A stretch of 64,000 bases of DNA from an uncultured Candidatus Binatia bacterium (GTDB taxonomy: Bacteria; Desulfobacterota; Binatia; Bin18). The position numbers were made by a program, and so were the translations under genes. Location of the stretch: assembly GCA_965214605.1 (NCBI GenBank), contig OZ243961.1, positions 2,016,001 to 2,080,000 of the forward strand, read 5' to 3'. Positions 58,520 through 64,000 of this stretch are shown here, piece by piece. Within the stretch, counting starts at the first letter, position 1. The number at the start of each line of letters is the position of its first letter. Below the pieces are notes generated by a model that had not been told where the DNA came from, did not search any database, and saw only the letters and a list, made by a program, of their open reading frames with translations.

Positions 58520-60754
58520 ATGTTGAGATTCTGTCGAATTGAGATCAACAACTTCGTCTGCTTCAAAGACATCGTGATCGAACCCTCCATCGATCCAGAG
58601 AGACGACTCACTGTACTAAGAGCGGAAAACGGTTCGGGAAAAACTACTCTTCTCCGCGCGCTCCGATGGGGTATGTATGGCGAAAAGGGCCTACCCGGAG
58701 ATTCGACTCGGTTCTCACTCCACCCTTCCTGGTGGCACCCCAACGGCGACGGTATCAAGACAGAGGTTAAGATTGAGTTCGAGACCGACGGCTCCACCCG
58801 GTACTCCACAGAGGGCAGCCCCATCACCACCGTCTATCATCTCGTACGGTCTGTCACTACGATTGGCAGGCCGACAGCCAAGGATGATGAACCCGACTTC
58901 CGCCGTCTCAACGAACATACACAACTAATGGTCAAGGAGAGTGGTGGGACATGGACTCGACATACTGTGGGAGTTGACATCGTCGTCGAACAGCTTCTCC
59001 CGTGGAATCTCCGCGATTTCTTCGTGATGGATGCTGACGAAGCGACTGACTTCGTCGGCGGCGGCGAGAACAAGGTCATGAACCGTCAGGACGTTATCGA
59101 CAAGACAACCGCAGCCGTGCACAGCCTTCTAGGTCTCGATGTCTTCAAGAAGGCATCGGAGCGGGTGACGGCTCTCGCCCGATCATTCGGTTCGCAGGCC
59201 ACAAAAGCTATTGGCGACACAGACCTTGACGCGCTCTGGGCGGAGCTTGAGCAGCTCAGGGCGGAGGAGGCTGACCTCACGAAGAAGATCGTGGAACAGC
59301 AAACCCAGAAGAGAGAGCTAGAAGACCAGCTGCGACGGCGGCAGGACGCCCTCGAAACCGAACTCAAAGGCATTGGTGCCGCCGAGGAGCTGAGGAGCCG
59401 CCTCACAGCGAACCGAGATCGGTCTGCGCAAGCCACTAAGGCACGGAAAGCTACGCTCAGCCACCTGGCCGGCACCCTCGAATCGACCGATCTTCTCGCC
59501 TCGCTCGCGCGTAGCGAGCTCGCCACGGCCTACCGCCTCCTGCGGCCGCTCTATGAACAAGGCCACATTCCCCTCACACATCTCAACTTCGTACGAGACC
59601 TCCTCGAATCCGGCACTTGCGTTTGCGGTCAAGACCTCTCCAACGATGACGTGCCTCGCCGACATGTGGAAGAGCGGATTGCTGAATCCGCAACACAGGA
59701 GGACCGCGCCAACTACCTCGGTCAGCTCCACGATGCGGCGAAGTCTCTTAGGGACCAAGCGGTGGCCCCACAATGGGAAACGCGGAGCCGACGACTCGCG
59801 GCGGACCTCGCTGAGATCGATAAGGAGATCGCCAATCTCGCGCTTGAAAAGCGAGATATCGACAACAAACTCGACGCCCTTGATGCAGATAAAATAGAGA
59901 TCATCCGCGACGAAATCGAGGCGCTAAAGACCCAAGTGGGGAGCCTGCAAAGCACCATCGCCATCAACCAGAGTCGGCATCCAGCCCTCCTCAGCACCAT
60001 CGATTCCCACCAGAAGCAGATCGACCAGCGGCACCGTAACGAACGAGCTGCTGCTGACAAACGGGCGGCGGAGGGCATGGCGCATCTCGTCGTCACAATC
60101 CTTGAACAGGCCTACGGTACTATCCAGGCAGAACAGGTCGGCGATCTCTCTCAGCGAATGAATCGCCTCTTCACTCAGATGGCAGCAAACGTCTCGGACG
60201 AAGACTACGAAGAGATACCACGCGACAAGGCGACGCTCAAAATGATCGCCGAAGTCGGCCTTCGGCCTGTCGACGACAAGTCCGACAACTACGAGATCTA
60301 CGCGTTCAACCGCCGAGGCCGTTCCATGCCTCCAACCGAGATCAATGGTGCTTCCCGCCGAGTGCTCGCATTGTCATTCGTGCTCGCGCTGTGCGCTGAG
60401 TCTCGGACTCATGCCCCCTTGATTGCAGACTCGCTACTCAACTTCATGTCAGGCACGGTACGACGCAACACGCTCCGTATCACCGCAGAGAATTCCAACC
60501 AACCGATCCTTCTGCTGACCGGAGCTGACCTCCAAGCGCCGTCAGAAGCTGAGCTTGTGTCTCGGTACGCCGGCGCTACCTACACTCTCACCGGCCAGTG
60601 GGATGCAATCGCTGCTGGTTCAGGAGGAGACGTCGTGCACTGGACCGAACAACGTCCGGTGTCACTCGTTTGCCCATGCGGACCCCGTCAATATTGCGAT
60701 ATCTGCGAACGGACCGGACAAGCTGAGTTACCGGGATGGAGCAGGAGGACCTAG
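58520..60754 (+). CDS. SMC/Rad50-like ABC ATPase (DndD/PbeC-like, CxC hook)
   Basis: IEINNF, Walker A AENGSGKTT, FFVMDAD, coiled coils around CVCG, signature NGASRR, Walker B LIADS, C-terminal CPC..CDIC. Confidence 0.85.
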   Translation: MLRFCRIEINNFVCFKDIVIEPSIDPERRLTVLRAENGSGKTTLLRALRWGMYGEKGLPGDSTRFSLHPSWWHPNGDGIKTEVKIEFETDGSTRYSTEGSPITTVYHLVRSVTTIGRPTAKDDEPDFRRLNEHTQLMVKESGGTWTRHTVGVDIVVEQLLPWNLRDFFVMDADEATDFVGGGENKVMNRQDVIDKTTAAVHSLLGLDVFKKASERVTALARSFGSQATKAIGDTDLDALWAELEQLRAEEADLTKKIVEQQTQKRELEDQLRRRQDALETELKGIGAAEELRSRLTANRDRSAQATKARKATLSHLAGTLESTDLLASLARSELATAYRLLRPLYEQGHIPLTHLNFVRDLLESGTCVCGQDLSNDDVPRRHVEERIAESATQEDRANYLGQLHDAAKSLRDQAVAPQWETRSRRLAADLAEIDKEIANLALEKRDIDNKLDALDADKIEIIRDEIEALKTQVGSLQSTIAINQSRHPALLSTIDSHQKQIDQRHRNERAAADKRAAEGMAHLVVTILEQAYGTIQAEQVGDLSQRMNRLFTQMAANVSDEDYEEIPRDKATLKMIAEVGLRPVDDKSDNYEIYAFNRRGRSMPPTEINGASRRVLALSFVLALCAESRTHAPLIADSLLNFMSGTVRRNTLRITAENSNQPILLLTGADLQAPSEAELVSRYAGATYTLTGQWDAIAAGSGGDVVHWTEQRPVSLVCPCGPRQYCDICERTGQAELPGWSRRT

Positions 60755-60766
60755 AGGCAAGAGTCC

Positions 60767-61252
60767 ATGAACTACTTCACCACTTTATTGTCTTCTCAAA
60801 CCCACACCCTTCGCTTTCCGAGCCAGGATAAGGACGCCATCGAACGGTACGTGCTCCAGCATCAGAAAGGGACTGTTAGCCAGGAGCACGCTCCCTTCCG
60901 GCGCCAGGTGGACTTCTGGGCTTTCGCTATTGCCACCGCTCTCGCGCGTAGAGTACCGCCGCTCAAAAAACCCTCTAGTCGCTGGGGACGGAAGTTCGCC
61001 GACACCAGATCCGTACAGATGCCGGATGGGCTGTGCGAAATGCTCGCCGTCATCGCTCTGACCACGCTGGGCCACGATCATGAAGGTATAGACGACCCCT
61101 CGCAGATCATTGAGCTGGGCAACCGGCTCGCAGGGGCTGGATGTCCAGCACTCCTCAAGCAGCTTAGCAACCCGGATCTGCGTACCACCGTTCTCGACAA
61201 AGCCCTGGAGTTCGCAAGGCTTCTACAATCCGAAGCAAACACCGCGGCCTAA
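60767..61252 (+). CDS. Hypothetical protein, PbeD-like position
   Basis: 161 aa, 12 bp after the ATPase; PFRRQVDFWAFA, NRLAGAG. Confidence 0.75.
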   Translation: MNYFTTLLSSQTHTLRFPSQDKDAIERYVLQHQKGTVSQEHAPFRRQVDFWAFAIATALARRVPPLKKPSSRWGRKFADTRSVQMPDGLCEMLAVIALTTLGHDHEGIDDPSQIIELGNRLAGAGCPALLKQLSNPDLRTTVLDKALEFARLLQSEANTAA

Positions 61253-61499
61253 CAACAGCGTCAGTGAGCCGCCTGATCCAAGTCCGCCGGCGGGCATGGC
61301 GTAAATGCCTGTTTTTCGGTGAGGGGCTCAGTATGGACCAGCGCGATTACGGCCGCCTACGGCCCTGTAGAGCAGGCGGTTTTCGTCGGCATAGTCGAAA
61401 ACGGCCGGTTGAGACCCGTTCTGGGCCAGGCTGCCCCCCTTCCGCCTCCCTCCAGGACCAGCGTTCCTCTTCGCGCTGACTGCACCCGGCCGCGCCCGG

Positions 61500-62295
61500 C
61501 TGTCCACTGCGTTCTGACTTCGCATTGGCTCCACGATCTCTCTGCTGACCGCGACGCGGCGCTCTATCCGAGAGCGCCAGTTGGGATTTCACGAAATTCA
61601 AGCGAACCATCCGACACTCGATAGAACACGGCAGAGAGAACCCCAACAACAAAACACGTTCGCTCCCGAAAACTCCTCATACCTTCTTCCAGCTATGATC
61701 CGGCATTGTAGATGAAAACAGGGCTGCCGCTGCTTCCCGGCAACACCGCTGCGTCGATGAGGAAGACCGGCTTGCCGTCATAGGCAACTCCCAGTGGTGT
61801 CGCCGTTATCCCCCTTCTGACAATCGGGAGATTATTGGCGCGATCAAACACATCATTGTCCTCTCTGGCATTCAGTCTCGCCAGAGCGTCACTGTCAGGA
61901 AGAATGGTTGCTGAGAGGCACGAAAAGAAGGGGAGCGTGCCATTCTCCGAGCCCCGCGAAGATCGGGTTCAGCGGAAGCAGCGCGATATCTACATTTTTG
62001 TCAGGATGCCCCGTCCACCATTGCCACTCCATCGTGCCTACGCTCACCCGCATGGGGCTTCCCAACTCTGGCGCGTGACCATCTTTTGGGGCGCTTCTCG
62101 TCCTGTGGAAGTCCCCGTGGGTTGCGTTCGCTATGACGTGCTTATTCGTGACCAAGAACATACCGGTCAGTTCATCCGTTGTCTTTCGAGCTCTTCCACG
62201 TATGCTCTCAAGATGAACCCTGTCCTGATAGACGGCGCGGTCTGAATACGAACCGTCACGAAGACAAGCTGATCTGCTCCCGTTTCTCCTCTCAT
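61500..62295 (-). pseudogene. Decayed trypsin-like serine protease
   Basis: FLVTNKHV; HPDKNVDIAL; NNLPIVRRGITATP..GKPVFLIDAAVLPGSSGSPVF; stops and frameshifts. Confidence 0.75.
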
Positions 62296-62398
62296 GAACT
62301 CTCTATGCTGGCGAGAGGGACGAGAGCGAATAAGCATAGATCATCCATCGGGCAACCTCTTTGCCGAGCTTTACCCCGCCCAGCCGGGGGCCGGGCGG

Positions 62399-62746
62399 CT
62401 AGGCGGTGCGCCGCAGCAACTCGGCCAACACCAGGCCCTGGCGTTCCAGCGCCTGGCCTTGTTGGGTCAAGGCTTGGGTCATGGCCGCGCCCTGGCGTTC
62501 CAGCGCCTGGCCTTGTTGGGTCAAGGCTTGGGTCATGGCCGCGCCCTGGCGTTCCAGCGCCTGAGCGATGACGCGGGTACTCTCCTGCATGTTCTTGGCC
62601 ATCACGTCAATTTCCTTGTCGCGGCGCGCCCCGGCTTCCTTCATCCGCACCAAGCCCACAACAATCGCAATCATCCCCACAATTCCGACGACAAGCTGCA
62701 ACGTCATGACCACCAAGCGTCCCCACTCGAAGAAACTCGATTCCAT
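62399..62746 (-). CDS. Small single-TM protein with repeat-built coiled coil
   Basis: RBS AAGGAGG; TM LVVMTLQLVVGIVGMIAIVVGLV; repeats of QALERQGAAMTQALTQQG. Confidence 0.7.
   Translation of the reverse strand: MESSFFEWGRLVVMTLQLVVGIVGMIAIVVGLVRMKEAGARRDKEIDVMAKNMQESTRVIAQALERQGAAMTQALTQQGQALERQGAAMTQALTQQGQALERQGLVLAELLRRTA
62435..62563. repeat. Perfect 54-bp tandem repeat (about 2.4 copies)
   Basis: Unit GCCCTGGCGTTCCAGCGCCTGGCCTTGTTGGGTCAAGGCTTGGGTCATGGCCGC at 62435 and 62489, partial at 62543. Confidence 0.92.
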
Positions 62747-62859
62747 ACCGTCCTCCTTCCGGACACGATGTGCTCCCCAGCTCAGCACGGAGACTCCGAA
62801 GTCAAGGGCAGCGGTGTTGCGAGCGCCGCGGAGTTGCCGCTTGACTGCCGAAGGCCAAT

Positions 62860-63098
62860 CCTAGCGGCCAGACGGTCGCTAGGGTCAGCCCGCGGGGCTC
62901 GCACCAGTCGGCGAAGCGGTACGCGGCCGTGGCGTAGGCCAGGCGCGTATTCGTGTTCTGGATCGCGCCGCCAAAGAACTCCCAAAACCGCTCCTGCTCC
63001 GCGGCCGTCTCCGCAAAGAGCGCGGGCGTCCGCCGGGCGGCGATGCGGGCCCGGATGGCCCTGCGCGGCGGGAGCGGCGCGCCGGCCTGGACTGCCAT
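62860..63098 (-). pseudogene. N-terminal fragment of a Xer-like tyrosine recombinase
   Basis: RFWEFFGGAIQNTNTRLAYATAAYRFADWCE SAM-like N-domain; catalytic domain absent. Confidence 0.7.
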
Positions 63099-63116
63099 AC
63101 GTTCCCCCTACCTCTT

Positions 63117-63144
63117 ATCTCACATAACTGTTTTTATGGGGGAG
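63117..63144. other. dif-like 11-6-11 recombination site
   Basis: ATCTCACATAA-CTGTTT-TTATGGGGGAG (CATAA-N6-TTATG) 18 bp upstream of the recombinase ATG. Confidence 0.6.
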
Positions 63145-63177
63145 GAGAAGGGGCCGCCGCGTTACTAAGCACCCGTT

Positions 63178-63203
63178 GCGGGTTCGAGTCCCACCGCCCC
63201 CGC
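63178..63203 (+). other. tRNA 3'-end fragment (att-like remnant)
   Basis: GCGGGTTCGAGTCCCACCGCCCCCGC: T-loop TTCGAGT plus acceptor-like strand; no 5' half, so not a full tRNA. Confidence 0.5.
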
Positions 63204-63241
63204 TGGTCTGTCTAGTAAGGTATGTAATCCCCCCCCCCCCC

Positions 63242-63795
63242 GAGGATGAGCCGGTTGGTCCACGGTCCCTTGTGCTCATAGGCTAAGAGCTTGTCGGCGA
63301 TGTCGAGTTCAAGATCGCCGAAGAGGTCGAGTGTCGTTCCTCGCGTCCTATGTTCTTTCAGTGCCTCAGGATTGCCTGGGTCGAATGCCGCTCATGCATG
63401 AAGAGCGGTAAAGTTGGCACGCTGATCTGATAGCGCTCAGCCTTGCCAGACCAATTCAGGAATGATTGGGTGAGGCTCTTGAGTCGAGCCGCGCACTGTG
63501 AGAGGGAGGTGAAGCGCTCGTCCGTTCCCCGCCAAACTTGCGGCTCGGCGAAGACAGACGCATCTCCTTTCTCTGCCGCCTCTGTGACCAAGTTCAAAAG
63601 CCACTCAGCAAAGGCGCGTTCGTCGCATTCATCCCACGAAAGCTCCGGAGCGAGGCTAGAATCGTAACGGAATGTCTTCGGCGGCTTCCGATGGGAGAAC
63701 TGAGCTTCTCCGCCAACGTCGGGCCGCTGTACGGCCTCATCCGCATGCTGATAGGCCGAAGCGCCTTTGCCGCTTCTGACCGCCTTCTGTGCCAA
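63242..63795 (-). pseudogene. Truncated type III R-M Mod-like DNA methyltransferase N-terminus
   Basis: FRYDSSLAPELSWD, LNWSGKAE, PTLPLFMHER, then frameshift to AYEHKGPWTNRLILG, cut at a C13 run. Confidence 0.7.
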
Positions 63796-64000
63796 AGTTT
63801 TCTCTTCCTCACGCTGAACATGTCGGCCCGTACCGTTTCATCCACGATTTACGGCTGATGAGGGCCCAAAGAGGAGACCGCACAGCATAGAAAATTCTCC
63901 GCCGAAAAGTCGTCTTGTCCATCTCCGGATAGAAGTCGGCGATGGTAATAAGTGTTGCCTCCCGAATCTTCCACTCTTTGGGACAGAGCTGTAGCAGTTG

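Larger units (their letters stand above)
46700..63250. mobile_element. Defence island (decayed integrative element)
   Basis: Recombinase remnants at both ends, dif-like site, tRNA fragment, defence cargo; boundaries approximate. Confidence 0.65.

Noticed and set aside
56053-61252. Lamassu, Wadjet or SbcCD interpretation of the SMC cassette
   Set aside because: Order PLD-helicase, small, ATPase, small and the CxC hook fit PbeABCD-like better; no SbcD phosphoesterase, kleisin or JetD motifs recognised
62435-62563. Possible CRISPR array
   Set aside because: Contiguous in-frame coding repeats with no spacers and no cas genes
63150-63210. Full tRNA gene
   Set aside because: Only T-arm/acceptor-like 3' part present; no D or anticodon arms and no CCA
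63809-64000. Open minus-strand frame at the window edge
   Set aside because: Too short to assign

Overview
GC-rich bacterial chromosomal segment in two parts. (1) 1-46.6 kb holds accessory metabolic genes: several amidohydrolases and N-acyl-D-amino-acid deacylases, a class III CoA-transferase pair, an M18 aminopeptidase, a secreted lysyl-endopeptidase-like protease, a redoxin-cytochrome c-copper monooxygenase fusion, GSTs, a TetR-MMPL-MMPL-LolA-like-AMIN/DUF1302-DUF1329 envelope transport operon, F420-dependent LLM enzymes, a ferredoxin:thioredoxin reductase and a UGSC selenoprotein that the ORF track splits at an in-frame UGA followed by a SECIS-like hairpin. Many of the long 'intergenic' gaps are heavily decayed pseudogenes. 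The gene inventory resembles uncultured Binatia/Tectomicrobia-like, possibly sponge-associated, lineages (inference). (2) 46.7-64 kb is a defence island flanked by tyrosine-recombinase remnants, a dif-like site and a tRNA 3' fragment. It carries a complete SspABCD-type DNA phosphorothioation module. In place of the usual SspE or SspFGH effector, the module is tightly co-operonic with an alphaCTD/sigma70-r4 HTH protein and a PbeABCD-like cassette (PLD-SF2 helicase, small protein, CxC SMC-like ATPase, small protein). SspC contains an in-frame C15 tract. All family assignments come from motif recognition by eye; no database searches were run, and pseudogene boundaries are approximate.
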